The notes below the pieces were generated by a model. The model was not told the origin of the DNA. It ran no database searches and worked only from the letters and a program-made list of their open reading frames with translations. From the NCBI RefSeq assembly GCF_037042905.1, contig NC_087252.1, positions 1,180,001 through 1,244,000 of the forward strand: DNA of 64,000 nt. Direction: 5' to 3'. The DNA is from Lytechinus pictus (taxonomy: Eukaryota). How positions within the stretch are numbered: the stretch's first letter is position 1; every line of letters begins with the position of its first letter. Position numbers and translations under genes: made by a program. Below are positions 12,257 to 27,210 of the stretch, piece by piece.

Positions 12257-12383
12257 TAGGCCTCCTATGACTTGAAAGAGGAGGGGGAGGGTGAAACTGA
12301 AGAAAATAGTAAGTAGGGGCGACGCTGAAGGGGGCAGGGGAGTCTGTGAGAAAATGGAGAAATGAGACTGAAAGGCATGTAAA

Positions 12384-12600
12384 GGTTTTGTGGCTCAGTG
12401 GATAAGTCTTAGGACTTTGTACCACAAGATCCGGGGTTCAAATCCCATCGCAGCACTAGCGTCCTTTGGCAAGGCGTTAATCTAGATTTGTAAATTGATA
12501 TCCGGTTCCGTGAATGCTCGAGCGCCCGATAAAGCCGTGCTAAAGCCAGGGTAATAGTAGGCCCTATGAAGCGCCTAGCGCTGTACATGTATGTTGCATT
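12384..12600 (+). mobile_element. tRNA-derived SINE
   Basis: A box TGGCTCAGTGG, B box GGTTCAAATCC, core GTCCTTTGGCAAGGC. The 3' part GCTAAAGCCAGGGTAATA is shared with the copy at 62557-62735. Confidence 0.75.
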
Positions 12601-13018
12601 ATGAAAAGGGAGAGTTTCATCGTTTCAGTTCTCTAGTACCCTTTATCATTTAATTGCGAACAATGGCAGCATTTTGAGGTCGTCGTCCCCGCGTCCCATC
12701 GTACTTCACTTACACCCCTCCCCCCCGATTTCGTATATTGTCATTATTTCGTTTGGTCTTTTTCACTGCAAATACCGGTAAACCTAAGTAGGTTTGGGTC
12801 TAATTTTATGATACCAGGGTTATCCTTCTTCAGGCCGAACACATTTAGTCTAAAATTAATTGGGTCTAACTGGTTATATGTGAAACAACAAAGCTAGGTC
12901 ATCTCGCCAATTGAACTACTGCAATGTTTGAATTTGTATGATTATACAGTAAAAAAGACACTCAATCTCAGTCGAGCGCATGATATGTTTTATACATTAA
13001 TAATATTACGCTGGTTAA

Positions 13019-13405
13019 AGGGGATGTTCAACCTGAAGAAAAAGTAATAAACAATATTGGTGCAGGTTTGAGGAAAATCCGTTAAAGATAAAGAAAGTTA
13101 TAAGAACTTTAAGTTTTGGATTTGTAACGTCATAAACAAGCAGCTGCCAAAAAACATTTGTCTATTGATATACAAAAAGCACAGTAAAAGCCATTTTTAA
13201 TTTTCTGAGAAAATGAATTTTCATTGATTTTTTTTACCATTCGGTATGTAGGATACTGCTCGCATATGACTTCATCCACAAATCCAAAACTTAAAATTCT
13301 AATAACTTTCTTAATCTTTAACGGATTTTCCTAAAACCTTCGCCAATGTTTTTATTTTTTTCTGCTATTTTTACAACAAACTTTTCTTCAGGTTAAACTT
13401 CCCCT
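13019..13405. mobile_element. Complete Kolobok-like MITE, origin of the tandem array
   Basis: ttaa-AGGGGATGTTCAACCTGAAGAAAA...TTTTCTTCAGGTTAAACTTCCCCT-ttaa. TTAA TSD, purine-initial termini, long imperfect inverted arms. Confidence 0.8.
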
Positions 13406-16400
13406 TTAAATCTTTTTAAAAACATGATGATAAGTTCCACGAATGACTTTAAGTATTCCAAAGTACGACAGGCTTTATTTTGAGATTATATTATCGTTTA
13501 TGATTTTATATCTATGTTTTGGAGCCACACGCATGTACTAAAAAAACTGTATTGACGAAGACAGCGAATATAAAGTCAATTAAAAATCATTAAATCTCAG
13601 TTTTATGATTACAATCATTTTAATGTTTATTTCATTTTTCTTTTGTAATATTTTGTTGATGTCCCTTTGATATTTTCCACAGATATTGGTAATGTTGGGT
13701 AAATTTTTCGTATATCTTGTTATGTTTGCCCATGAAAACAAAGTATAGGAATATATGTATCAAATTGTTGTACCGTAAATTCAGTCAGTGTTTGAGTGCT
13801 AATTTTCATCCGAAAGATGCCATAAATATTGTAATCATGGTAATCAATGTCATATAGTGTAGTAGGTTTCACAGTGCATCAATAATCAATGTCCTTTAAA
13901 AAAACTGAAAAGGGTGTTTTAATAAAAACAAAAAAAAAGTTAGCTTGCCTTCTAAGCTGTAGTTGCACATCCATGCTCTAGACTGTACCAAAATTATTGG
14001 AAGCCAACAATGTCAAAAGTTTTTCTTGTCAAATTACTAAGACCCTTTTCATGTTTTATTGGTAAAGAACTGTTGTTTATGTAATTCTACCAGATTTATT
14101 TTATCACAAATTTGGATGTGAAATTAGGTGCTGATAATTTAATTTATTCCTTTCAGCTTGTAGGACACATTTGGCTCCCCATAATAATCATAAATTTGAA
14201 CCACAGTTTAAGCTTGACCTGGGTACAGAATACGGACTAAAAACATACACACTACTAACGTATTTCTAGCTAGGAATGTAGAAGAATTAACTTTGACGAA
14301 AATCCGTTAAAGATAAAGAAAGTTATAAGAGTTTTAAGTTTTGGATTTGTAACGTCATAAACAAGCAGCTGCCAAAAAACATTTGTCTATTGATATACAA
14401 AAAGCACAGTAAAAGCCATTTTTAATTTTCTGAGAAAATGAATTTTCATTGATTTTTTTTACCATTCGGTATGTAGGAATACTGCTCGCATATGACTTCA
14501 TCCAATCCAAAACTTAAAATTCTAATAACTTTCTTAATCTTTAACAGATTTTTCTCAAACCTTCGCCAATTTTTTGTTATTTTTTTTGCTATTTTTACAA
14601 CAACTTTTGTTCAGGTTAAACTTCCCCTTAAATTTTTTTGAAAACATGATGATAAGTTCCACGAATGACTTTAAGTATTCCGAAGTACGACAGGCCTCAT
14701 GTTGACATTTGTTATCGTGTATGATTTAATATGTCTATGTTTTGGAGCCACACGAATGTACTAAAAAAAACTGTATTGACGAAGACAGCAAATATAAAGT
14801 CAATTAATAATTATTAAATCTCAGTTTTATGATTACAATCATTTTTAATGTTTATTTCATTTTTCTTTTGTAATATTTTGTCGATATCCTATTGATGTTT
14901 TCCTCAGATATTGTTAATGTTGGGTAATTTTTGTTTATATCTTGTTATGTTTGCCCATGAAAATATAGGAATATATGCCTTCAACTGTTGTACCGTAAAT
15001 TCAGTCAGTGTTTGAGTACTAATTTTCATCTGAGAGGTGACATAATTATTATAATCAATTTCCTACCCAAAAAATGAAAAGGGTGTTTTAATAAAAAAAA
15101 AAAAAAAGTTAGCTTGCCTTCTAAGCTGTAGTTGCACATCCATGCTCTAGACTGTACCAAAATTATTGGAAGCCAACAATGTCAAAAGTTTTTCTTGTCA
15201 AATTACTAAGACCCTTTTCATGTGTTAATGGTAAAGAACTGTTGTTTATGTAATTCTACCAGATTTATTTTATCACAAATTTGGATGTGAAATTAGGTGC
15301 TGATAATTTAATTTATTCCTTTCAGCTTGTAGGACACATTTGGCTCCCCATAATAATCATAAATTTGAACCACAGTTTAAGCTTGACCTGGGTACAGAAT
15401 ACGGACTAAAAACATACACACTACTAACGTATTTCTAGCTAGGAATGTAGAAGAATTAACTTTGACGAAAATCCGTTAAAGATAAAGAAAGTTATAAGAG
15501 TTTTAAGTTTTGGATTTGTAACGTCATAAACAAGCAGCTGCCAAAAAACATTTGTCTATTGATATACAAAAAGCACAGTAAAAGCCATTTTTAATTTTCT
15601 GAGAAAATGAATTTTCATTGATTTTTTTTACCATTCGGTATGTAGGAATACTGCTCGCATATGACTTCATCCAATCCAAAACTTAAAATTCTAATAACTT
15701 TCTTAATCTTTAACAGATTTTTCTCAAACCTTCGCCAATTTTTTGTTATTTTTTTTGCTATTTTTACAACAACTTTTGTTCAGGTTAAACTTCCCCTTAA
15801 ATTTTTTTGAAAACATGATGATAAGTTCCACGAATGACTTTAAGTATTCCGAAGTACGACAGGCCTCATGTTGACATTTGTTATCGTGTATGATTTAATA
15901 TGTCTATGTTTTGGAGCCACACGAATGTACTAAAAAAAACTGTATTGACGAAGACAGCAAATATAAAGTCAATTAATAATTATTAAATCTCAGTTTTATG
16001 ATTACAATCATTTTTAATGTTTATTTCATTTTTCTTTTGTAATATTTTGTCGATATCCTATTGATGTTTTCCTCAGATATTGTTAATGTTGGGTAATTTT
16101 TGTTTATATCTTGTTATGTTTGCCCATGAAAATATAGGAATATATGCCTTAAACTGTTGTACCGTAAATTCAGTCAGTGTTTGAGTACTAATTTTCATCT
16201 GAGAGGTGACATAATTATTATAATCAATTTCCTACCCAAAAAATGAAAAGGGTGTTTTAATAAAATAAAAAAAAAGTTAGCTTGCCTTCTAAGCTGTAGT
16301 TGCACATCCATGCTCTAGACTGTACCAAAATTATTGGAAGCCAACAATGTCAAAAGTTTTTCTTGTCAAATTACTAAGACCCTTTTCATGTGTTAATGGT

Positions 16401-19400
16401 AAAGAACTGTTGTTTATGTAATTCTACCAGATTTATTTTATCACAAATTTGGATGTGAAATTAGGTGCTGATAATTTAATTTATTCCTTTCAGCTTGTAG
16501 GACACATTTGGCTCCCCATAATAATCATAAATTTGAACCACAGTTTAAGCTTGACCTGGGTACAGAATACGGACTAAAAACTTACACACTACTAACGTAT
16601 TTCTAGCTAGGAATGTAGAATAATTAACTTTGACGAAAATCCGTTAATTTAAAAGAAAAAGAAAGTTATAAGAATTTTAAGTTATGGATTTGTAACGTCA
16701 TAAACAAGCAGCTGCCAAAAAACATTTGTCTATTGATATACAAAAAGCACAGTAAAAGCCATTTTCAATTTTCTGAGAAAATGAATTTTCATTGATTTTT
16801 TTTTACCATTCGGTATGTAGGAATGCGGCTCGCCTATGACTTTATCCAATCCAAAACTTAAAATTCTAATAACTTTCTTAATCTTTAACGGATTTTCCTT
16901 AAACCTTCGCCAATGTTTTATTATTTTTTTGCTATTTTTACAACAACTTTTGTTCAGGTTAAACTTCCCCTTAATTTTGTTTGAAAACATGATGATAAGT
17001 TCCACGAATGACTTTAAGTATTCCAAAGTACGACAGGCCTCATGTTGACATTTGTTATCGTGTATGATTTAATAGGTCTATGTTTTGGAGCCACAATCAT
17101 GTACTAAAAAAACTGTATTGACGAAGACAGCAAATATAAAGTCAATTAATAATTATTAAATCTCAGTTTTATGATTACAATCATTTTTAATGTTTATTTC
17201 ATTTTTCTTTTGTAATATTTTGTCGATATCCTATTGATGTTTTCCTCAGATATTGTTGATGTTGTGTAATTTTGTTTATATCTTGTTATGTTTGCCCATG
17301 AAAATGTTGGAATATATGCCTTAAACTGTTGTACCGTAAATTCAGTCAGTGTTTGAGTACTAATTTTCATCTGAGAGGTGACATAATTATTATAATCAAT
17401 TTCCTATCAAAAAAATGGAAAGGGTGTTTTAATAAAAACAAAAAAAAAGTTAGCTTGCCTTCTAAGATGTAGTTGCAAATCCATGCTCTAGACTGTACCA
17501 AAATTATTGGAAGCCAACAATGTCAAAAGTTTTTTCTTGTCAATTTACTAAGACCCTTTTCATGTTTTAATAGTAAGTACTGTTGTTTATGTAATTCTAC
17601 CAGATTTATTTTATCACAAATTTGGATGTGAAATTAGGTGCTAATAATTTAATTTATTCCTTTCAGCTTGTAGGACACATTTGGTTCCCCATAATAATAA
17701 TAAATTTGAACCACAGTTTAAGCTCGACCCGGGTACAGAATACGGACTAAAAACTTACACACTACTAACGTATTTCTAGCTAGGAATGTAGAAGAATTAA
17801 CTTTGACGAAAATCCGTTAAAGATAAAGAAAGTTATAAGAGTTTTAAGTTTTGGATTTGTAACGTCATAAACAAGCAGCTGCCAACAAATTTTGTCTATT
17901 GATATACAAAAAGCACAGTAAAAGCCATTTTTAATTTTCAGAGAAAATGAATTTTCATTGATTTTTTTTTACCATTCGGTATGTAGGAATACTGCTCGCA
18001 TATGACTTCATCCAATCCAAAACTTAAAATTCTAATAACTTTCTTAATCTTTAACAGATTTTTCTCAAACCTTCGCCAATGTTTTATTTTTTTTTTTGCT
18101 ATTTTTACAACAACTTTTCTTCAGGTTAAACTTCCCCTTAATTTTTTTGAAAACATGATGATAAGTTCCACGAACGACTTTAAGTATTCCCAAGTACGAC
18201 AGGCCTCATGTTGACATTTGTTATCGTGTATGATTTAATATGTCTATGTTTTGGAGCCACACGAATGTACTAAAAAAACTGTATTGACGAAGACAGCAAA
18301 TATAAAGTCAATTAATAATTATTAAATCTCAGTTTTATGATTACAATCATTTTTAATGTTTATTTCATTTTTCTTTTGTAATATTTTGTCGATATCCTAT
18401 TGATGTTTTCCTCAGATATTGGTGATGTTGGGTAATTTTGTTTATATCTTGTTATGTTTGCCCATGAAAATATAGGAATATATGCCGTAAACTGTTGTAC
18501 CGTAAATTCAGTCAGTGTTTGAGTACTAATTTTCATCTGAGAGGTGACATAATTATTATAATCAATTTCCTATCAAAAAACTGAAAAGGGTGTTTTAATA
18601 AAAAACAAAAAGGTTAGCTTGCCTTCTAAGCTGTAGTTGCAAATCCATGCTCTAGACTATACCAAAATTATTGGAAGCCAACAATGTCAAAAGTTTTTTC
18701 TTGTCAATTTACTAAGACCCTTTTCATGTTTTAATGGTAAAGTACTGTTGTTTATGTAATTCTACCAGACTTATTTTATCACAAATTTGGATGTGAAATT
18801 AGGTGCTGATAATTTAATTTATTCCTTTCAGCTTGTAGGACACATTTGGTTCCCCATAATAATAATAAATTTGAACCACAGTTTAAGCTCGAACCGGGTA
18901 CAGAATACGGACTAAAAACTTACACACTACTAACGTATTTCTAGCTAGGAATGTAGAATAATTAACTTTGACGAAAATCCGTTAATTTAAAAGAAAAAGA
19001 AAGTTATAAGAATTTTAAGTTATGGATTTGTAACGTCATAAACAAGCAGCTGCCAAAAAACATTTGTCTATTGATATACAAAAAGCACAGTAAAAGCCAT
19101 TTTTAATTTTCTGAGAAAATGAATTTTCATTGATTTTTTTTTACCATTCGGTATGTAGGAATACTGCTCGCATATCACTTCATCCAATCCAAAACTTAAA
19201 ATTCTAATAACTTTCTTAATCTTTAACAGATTTTTCTCGAACCTTCGCCAATGTTTTATTATTGTTTTGCTATTTTTACAACAAATTTTTCTTCAGGTTA
19301 AACTCCCCCTTTAAATCTTTTCAAAAACATGATGATAAGTTCCACGAATGACTTTAAGTATTCCAAAGTACGACAGGCTTTATTTTGACATTTGTTATCG

Positions 19401-22400
19401 TGTATGATTTAATATGTCTATGTTTTGGAGCCACAATCATGTACTAAAAAAATGTATTGAGGAAGACAGCGAATATAAAGTCAATTAATGATTATTTAAT
19501 CTCAGTTTTATGATTACAATCATTTTTAATGTTTATTTTATTTTTCTTTTGTAATATTTTGTAGATGTCCTTTTGATGTTTTCCACAGATATTGGTAATG
19601 TTGCGTAAATTTTTCTTATATCTTGTTGTGTTTGCCTTTGAAAAAAAATATAGGAATATATGTCTCAAATTGTTATGCCGTAAATTCAGTCAGTGTTTGA
19701 GTACTAATTTTCATCTGAAAGATGCCATAGATATTGTAATCAATGTCATATAGTGTAGTAGGTTTCACAGTACATCAATTATCAATGTCCTATAAAAAAA
19801 AAAAAACTTAAAAGGGTGATTTAATAAAAACCAAAAAAAAGTTAGCTTGGCTTCTGAACTCTAGTTGCAAACCCATGCTCTTTGTCTCTACCAAAATTAT
19901 GGAAAGCCAACAATGTCAAAAGTTTTTATTGTCAAATTACTGAGACCCTTTTCATGTTTTAATGGTAAAGTACTGTTGTTTATGTAATTCTACCAGACTT
20001 ATTTTATCACAAATTTGGATGTGAAATTAAGTGCTAATAATTTAATTAATTCCTTTCAGCTTGTAGGACACATTTGGCTCCCCATAATAATCATAAATTT
20101 GAACCACAGTTTAAGCTTGACCTGGGTACAGAATACGGACTAAAAACTTACACACTACTAACGTATTTCTAGCTAGGAATGTAGAATAATTAACTTTGAC
20201 GAAAATCCGTTAAAGATAAAGAAAGTTATAAGAATTTTAAGTTATGGATTTGTAACGTCATAAACAAGCAGCTGCCAAAAAACATTTGTCTATTGATATA
20301 CAAAAAGCACAGTAAAAGCCATTTTCAATTTTCTGAGAAAATGAATTTTCATTGATTTTTTTTACCATTCGGTATGTAGGAATGCGGCTCGCGTATGACT
20401 TCATCCAATCCAAAACTTAAAATTCTAATAACTTTCTTAATCTTTAACGGATTTTCCTTAAACCTTCGCCAATGTTTTATTATTTTTTTTGCTATTTTTA
20501 CAACAACTTTTGTTCAGGTTAAACTTCCCCTTAATTTTTTTTGAAAACATGATGATAAGTTCCACGAAAGACTTTAAGTATTCCAAAGTACGACAGGCCT
20601 CATGTTGACATTTGTTATCGTGTATGATTTATTTGTCTATGTTTTGGAGCCACAAGCATGTACTAAAAAACTGTATTGAGGAAGACAGCGAATATAAAGT
20701 CAATTGATAATTATTAAATCTCAGTTTTATGATTACAATCATTTTTAATGTTTATTTTATTTTTCTTTTGTAATATTTTGTCGATGTCTCTTTGATGTTT
20801 TCCACAGATATTGGTAATGTTGGGTAAATTTTTCGTATATCTTGTTTTGTTTGCTCATGAAAAAAAGTATAGGAATGAATGTATCAAATTGTTGTACCGT
20901 AAATTCAGTCAGTGATTGAGTGCTAATTTTCATCCGAAAGATGCCATAAATATTGTAATCATGGTAATCAATGTCATATAGTGTAGTAGGTTTCACAGTA
21001 CATCAATAATCAATTTCCTATCAAAATACTGAAAAGGGTGTTTTAATAAAAACAAAAAAGTTAGCTTGCCTTCTAAGCTGTAGTTGCAAATCCATGCTCT
21101 AGTCTCTACCAAAATTATTGGAAGCCAACAATGTCAAAAGTTTTTTCTTGTCAATTTACTAAGATCCTTGTCATGTTTTAATGGTAAAGTACTGTTGTTT
21201 ATGTAATTCTACCAGACTTATTTTATCACAAATTTGGATGTGAAATTAAGTGCAAATAATTTAATTAATTCCTTTCAGCTTGTAGGACATATTTGGCTCC
21301 CCATAATAATCATAAATTTGAACCACAGTTTAAGCTTGACCTGGGTACAGAATACGGACTAAAAACTTACTCACTACTAACGTATTTCTAGCTAGGAATG
21401 TAGAATAATTAACTTTGACGAAAATCCGTTAAAGATAAAGAAAGTTATAAGAGTTTTAAGTTATGGATTTGTAACGTCATAAACAAGCAGCTGCCAAAAA
21501 ACATTTGTCTATTGATATACAAAAAGCACAGTAGAAGCCATTTTCAATTTTCTGAGAAAATGAATTTTCATTGAATTTTTTTACCATTCGGTATGTAGGA
21601 ATACTGCTCGCATATGACTTCATCCAATCCAAAACTTAAAATTCTAATAACTTTCTTAATCTTTCACAGATTTTTCTCAAACCTTCGCCAATGTTTTATT
21701 TTTTTTTTTGCTATTTTTACAACAACTTTTGTTCAGGTTAAACTTCCCCTTAATTTTTTTTGAAAACATGATGATAAGTTCCATGAACGACTTTAAGTAT
21801 TCCGAAGTACGACAGGCCTCATGTTGACATTTGTTATCGTGTATGATTTAATATGTCTATGTTTTGGAGCCACACGAATGTACTAAAAAAACTGTATTGA
21901 CGAAGACAGCAAATATAAAGTCAATTAATAATTATTAAATCTCAGTTTTATGATTACAATCATTTTTAATGTTTATTTCATTTTTCTTTTGTAATATTTT
22001 GTCGATATCCTATTGATGTTTTCCTCAGATATTGGTGATGTTGGGTAATTTTGTTTATATCTTGTTATGTTTGCCCATGAAAATATAGGAATATATGCCG
22101 TAAACTGTTGTACCGTAAATTCAGTCAGTGTTTGAGTACTAATTTTCATCTGAGAGGTGACATAATTATTATAATCAATTTCCTATAAAAAAACTGAAAA
22201 GGGTGTTTTAATAAAAAACAAAAAGGTTAGCTTGCCTTCTAAGATGTAGTTGCAAATCCATGCTCTAGACTATACCAAAATTATTGGAAGCCAACAATGT
22301 CAAAAGTTTTTTCTTGTCAATTTACTAAGACCCTTTTCATGTTTTAATGGTAAAGTACTGTTGTTTATGTAATTCTACCAGACTTATTTTATCACAAATT

Positions 22401-25400
22401 TGGATGTGAAATTAGGTGCTGATAATTTAATTTATTCCTTTCAGCTTGTAGGACACATTTGGTTCCCCATAATAATAATAAATTTGAACCACAGTTTAAG
22501 CTCGACCCGGGTACAGAATACGGACTAAAAACTTACACACTACTAACGTATTTCTAGCTAGGAATGTAGAATAATTAACTTTGACGAAAATCCGTTAATT
22601 TAAAAGAAAAAGAAAGTTATAAGAATTTTAAGTTATGGATTTGTAACGTCATAAACAAGCAGCTGCCAAAAAACATTTGTCTATTGATATACAAAAAGCA
22701 CAGTAAAAGCCATTTTTAATTTTCTGAGAAAATGAATTTTCATTGATTTTTTTTTACCATTCGGTATGTAGGAATACTGCTCGCATATCACTTCATCCAA
22801 TCCAAAACTTAAAATTCTAATAACTTTCTTAATCTTTAACAGATTTTTCTCGAACCTTCGCCAATGTTTTATTATTGTTTTGCTATTTTTACAACAAATT
22901 TTTCTTCAGGTTAAACTCCCCCTTTAAATCTTTTCAAAAACATGATGATAAGTTCCACGAATGACTTTAAGTATTCCAAAGTACGACAGGCTTTATTTTG
23001 ACATTTGTTATCGTGTATGATTTAATATGTCTATGTTTTGGAGCCACAATCATGTACTAAAAAACTGTATTGAGGAAGACAGCGAATATAAAGTCAATTA
23101 ATGATTATTTAATCTCAGTTTTATGATTACAATCATTTTTAATGTTTATTTTATTTTTCTTTTGTAATATTTTGTAGATGTCCTTTTGATGTTTTCCACA
23201 GATATTGGTAATGTTGCGTAAATTTTTCTTATATCTTGTTGTGTTTGCCTTTGAAAAAAAATATAGGAATATATGTCTCAAATTGTTATGCCGTAAATTC
23301 AGTCAGTGTTTGAGTACTAATTTTCATCTGAAAGATGCCATAGATATTGTAATCAATGTCATATAGTGTAGTAGGTTTCACAGTACATCAATTATCAATG
23401 TCCTATAAAAAAAAAAAAACTTAAAAGGGTGATTTAATAAAAACCAAAAAAAGTTAGCTTGGCTTCTGAACTCTAGTTGCAAACCCATGCTCTTTGTCTC
23501 TACCAAAATTATGGAAAGCCAACAATGTCAAAAGTTTTTATTGTCAAATTACTGAGACCCTTTTCATGTTTTAATGGTAAAGTACTGTTGTTTATGTAAT
23601 TCTACCAGACTTATTTTATCACAAATTTGGATGTGAAATTAAGTGCTAATAATTTAATTAATTCCTTTCAGCTTGTAGGACACATTTGGCTCCCCATAAT
23701 AATCATAAATTTGAACCACAGTTTAAGCTTGACCTGGGTACAGAATACGGACTAAAAACTTACACACTACTAACGTATTTCTAGCTAGGAATGTAGAATA
23801 ATTAACTTTGACGAAAATCCGTTAAAGATAAAGAAAGTTATAAGAATTTTAAGTTATGGATTTGTAACGTCATAAACAAGCAGCTGCCAAAAAACATTTG
23901 TCTATTGATATACAAAAAGCACAGTAAAAGCCATTTTCAATTTTCTGAGAAAATGAATTTTCATTGATTTTTTTTACCATTCGGTATGTAGGAATGCGGC
24001 TCGCGTATGACTTCATCCAATCCAAAACTTAAAATTCTAATAACTTTCTTAATCTTTAACGGATTTTCCTTAAACCTTCGCCAATGTTTTATTATTTTTT
24101 TTGCTATTTTTACAACAACTTTTGTTCAGGTTAAACTTCCCCTTAATTTTTTTTGAAAACATGATGATAAGTTCCACGAAAGACTTTAAGTATTCCAAAG
24201 TACGACAGGCCTCATGTTGACATTTGTTATCGTGTATGATTTATTTGTCTATGTTTTGGAGCCACAAGCATGTACTAAAAAACTGTATTGAGGAAGACAG
24301 CGAATATAAAGTCAATTGATAATTATTAAATCTCAGTTTTATGATTACAATCATTTTTAATGTTTATTTTATTTTTCTTTTGTAATATTTTGTCGATGTC
24401 TCTTTGATGTTTTCCACAGATATTGGTAATGTTGGGTAAATTTTTCGTATATCTTGTTTTGTTTGCTCATGAAAAAAAAGTATAGGAATGAATGTATCAA
24501 ATTGTTGTACCGTAAATTCAGTCAGTGATTGAGTGCTAATTTTCATCCGAAAGATGCCATAAATATTGTAATCATGGTAATCAATGTCATATAGTGTAGT
24601 AGGTTTCACAGTACATCAATAATCAATTTCCTATCAAAATACTGAAAAGGGTGTTTTAATAAAAACAAAAAAGTTAGCTTGCCTTCTAAGCTGTAGTTGC
24701 AAATCCATGCTCTAGTCTCTATCAAAATTATTGGAAGCCAACAATGTCAAAAGTTTTTTCTTGTCAATTTACTAAGATCCTTTTCATGTTTTAATGGTAA
24801 AGTACTGTTGTTTATGTAATTCTACCAGACTTATTTTATCACAAATTTGGATGTGAAATTAAGTGCAAATAATTTAATTAATTCCTTTCAGCTTGTAGGA
24901 CACATTTGGCTCCCCATAATAATCATAAATTTGAACCACAGTTTAAGCTTGACCTGGGTACAGAATACGGACTAAAAACTTACTCACTACTAACGTATTT
25001 CTAGCTAGGAATGTAGAATAATTAACTTTGACGAAAATCCGTTAAAGATAAAGAAAGTTATAAGAGTTTTAAGTTATGGATTTGTAACGTCATAAACAAG
25101 CAGCTGCCAAAAAACATTTGTCTATTGATATACAAAAAGCACAGTAGAAGCCATTTTCAATTTTCTGAGAAAATGAATTTTCATTGAATTTTTTTACCAT
25201 TCGGTATGTAGGAATACTGCTCGCATATGACTTCATCCAATCCGAAACTTAAAATTCTAATAACTTTCTTAATCTTTCACAGATTTTTCTCAAACCTTCG
25301 CCAATGTTTTATTTTTTTTTTTGCTATTTTTACAACAACTTTTGTTCAGGTTAAACTTCCCCTTAATTTTTTTTGAAAACATGATGATAAGTTCCATGAA

Positions 25401-27210
25401 CGACTTTAAGTATTCCGAAGTACGACAGGCCTCATGTTGACATTTGTTATCGTGTATGATTTAATATGTCTATGTTTTGGAGCCACACGAATGTACTAAA
25501 AAAACTGTATTGACGAAGACAGCAAATATAAAGTCAATTAATAATTATTAAATCTCAGTTTTATGATTACAATCATTTTTAATGTTTATTTCATTTTTCT
25601 TTTGTAATATTTTGTCGATATCCTATTGATGTTTTCCTCAGATATTGGTGATGTTGGGTAATTTTGTTTATATCTTGTTATGTTTGCCCATGAAAATGTA
25701 GGAATATATGCCTTAAACTGTTGTATCGTAAATTCAGTCAGTGTTTGAGTACTAATTTTCATCTGAGAGGTGACATAATTATTATAATCAATTTCCTATC
25801 AAAATACTGAAAAGGGTGTTTTAATAAAAACAAAAAGGTTAGCTTGCCTTCTAAGATGTAGTTGCAACTCCATGCTCTAGACTGTACCATAATTATTGGA
25901 AGTCAACAATGTCAAAAGTTTTTCTTGTCAATTTACTAAGACTCTTTTCATGTTTTAATGGTAAAGTACTGTTGTTTATGTAATTCTACCAGATTTATTT
26001 TATCACAAATTTGGATGTGAAATTAGGTGCTGATAATTTAATTTATTCCTTTCAGCTTGTAGGACATATTTGGCTCCCCATAATAATCATAAATTTGAAC
26101 CACAGTTTAAGCTTGACCTGGGTACAGAATACGGACTAAAAACTTACACACTACTGACGTATTTCTAGCTAGGAATGTAGAAGAATTAACTTTGACGAAA
26201 ATAAAGATAAAGAAAGTTATAAAAATTTTAAGTTTTGGATTTGTAACTTCATTAACAAGCAGCTGCCAAAAAACATTTGTCTATTGATGTACAAAAAGCA
26301 CAGTAAAAGCCATTTTCAATTTTCTGAGAAAATGAATTTTCATTGATTTTTTCCATTCGGTATATAGGAATGCTGCTCGCATATGAGTTCATCCAATCCA
26401 AAACTTAAAATTCGAATAACTTTCTTAATCTTTAACGGATTTTCCTCAAACCTTCGCCAATGTTTTATTATTTTTTCTGCTATTTTTACAACAACTTTTC
26501 TTCAGGTTAAACTTCCCCTTAAATTTTTTTGAAAACATGATGATAAGTTCCACGAATGACTTTAAGTATTCCAAAGTACGACAGGCTTTATTTTGAGATT
26601 TTATTATCGTTTATGATTTTATATCTATGTTTTGGAGCCACACGCATGTACTAAAAAAATGTATTGACGAAGACAGCGAATATAAAGTCAATTAATAATC
26701 ATTACATCTCAGTTTTATGATTACAATCATTTTAATGTTTATTTCATTTTTCTTTTGTAATATTTTGTTGATGTCCCTTTGATATTTTCCACAGATATTG
26801 GTAATGTTGGGTAAATTTTTCGTATATCTTGTTATGTTTGCCCATGAAAAAAAAGTATAGGAATATATGTATCAAATTGTTGTACCGTAAATTCAGTCAG
26901 TGTTTGAGTGCTAATTTTCACCTGAAAGATGCCATAAATATTGTAATCATGGTAATCAATGTCATATAGTGTAGTAGGTTTCACAGTGCATCAATAATCA
27001 ATGTCCTTTAAAAAAAACTGAAAAGGGTGTTTTAATAAAAAACAAAAAAGTTAGCTTGCATTCTAAGCTGTAGTTGCAAATCCACGCTCTAGACTGTACC
27101 ATAATTATTGGAAGCCAACAATGTCAAAAGTTTTTCTTGTCAAATTACTAAGACCCTTTTCATGTTTTAATGGTAAAGAACTGTTGTTTATGTAATTCTA
27201 CCAGACTTCT

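Noticed and set aside
14250..14285. TACTAAC branch point followed by TTTCTAG in each unit
   Set aside because: Branch-to-AG distance is very short, the pyrimidine tract is weak, and no conserved open exon follows.
14641..14705. C/D box snoRNA-like segment in array units (ATGATGA with AACATGA/TCATGTT stem)
   Set aside because: The box D position reads CTCA, not CTGA, and the 3' stem is absent from several units.
16730..24609. Recurrent ORFs in array units (MKPTTLYDID..., MTSSNPKLK...)
   Set aside because: Frames are broken by variable homopolymer lengths in most units, so there is no coding constraint.
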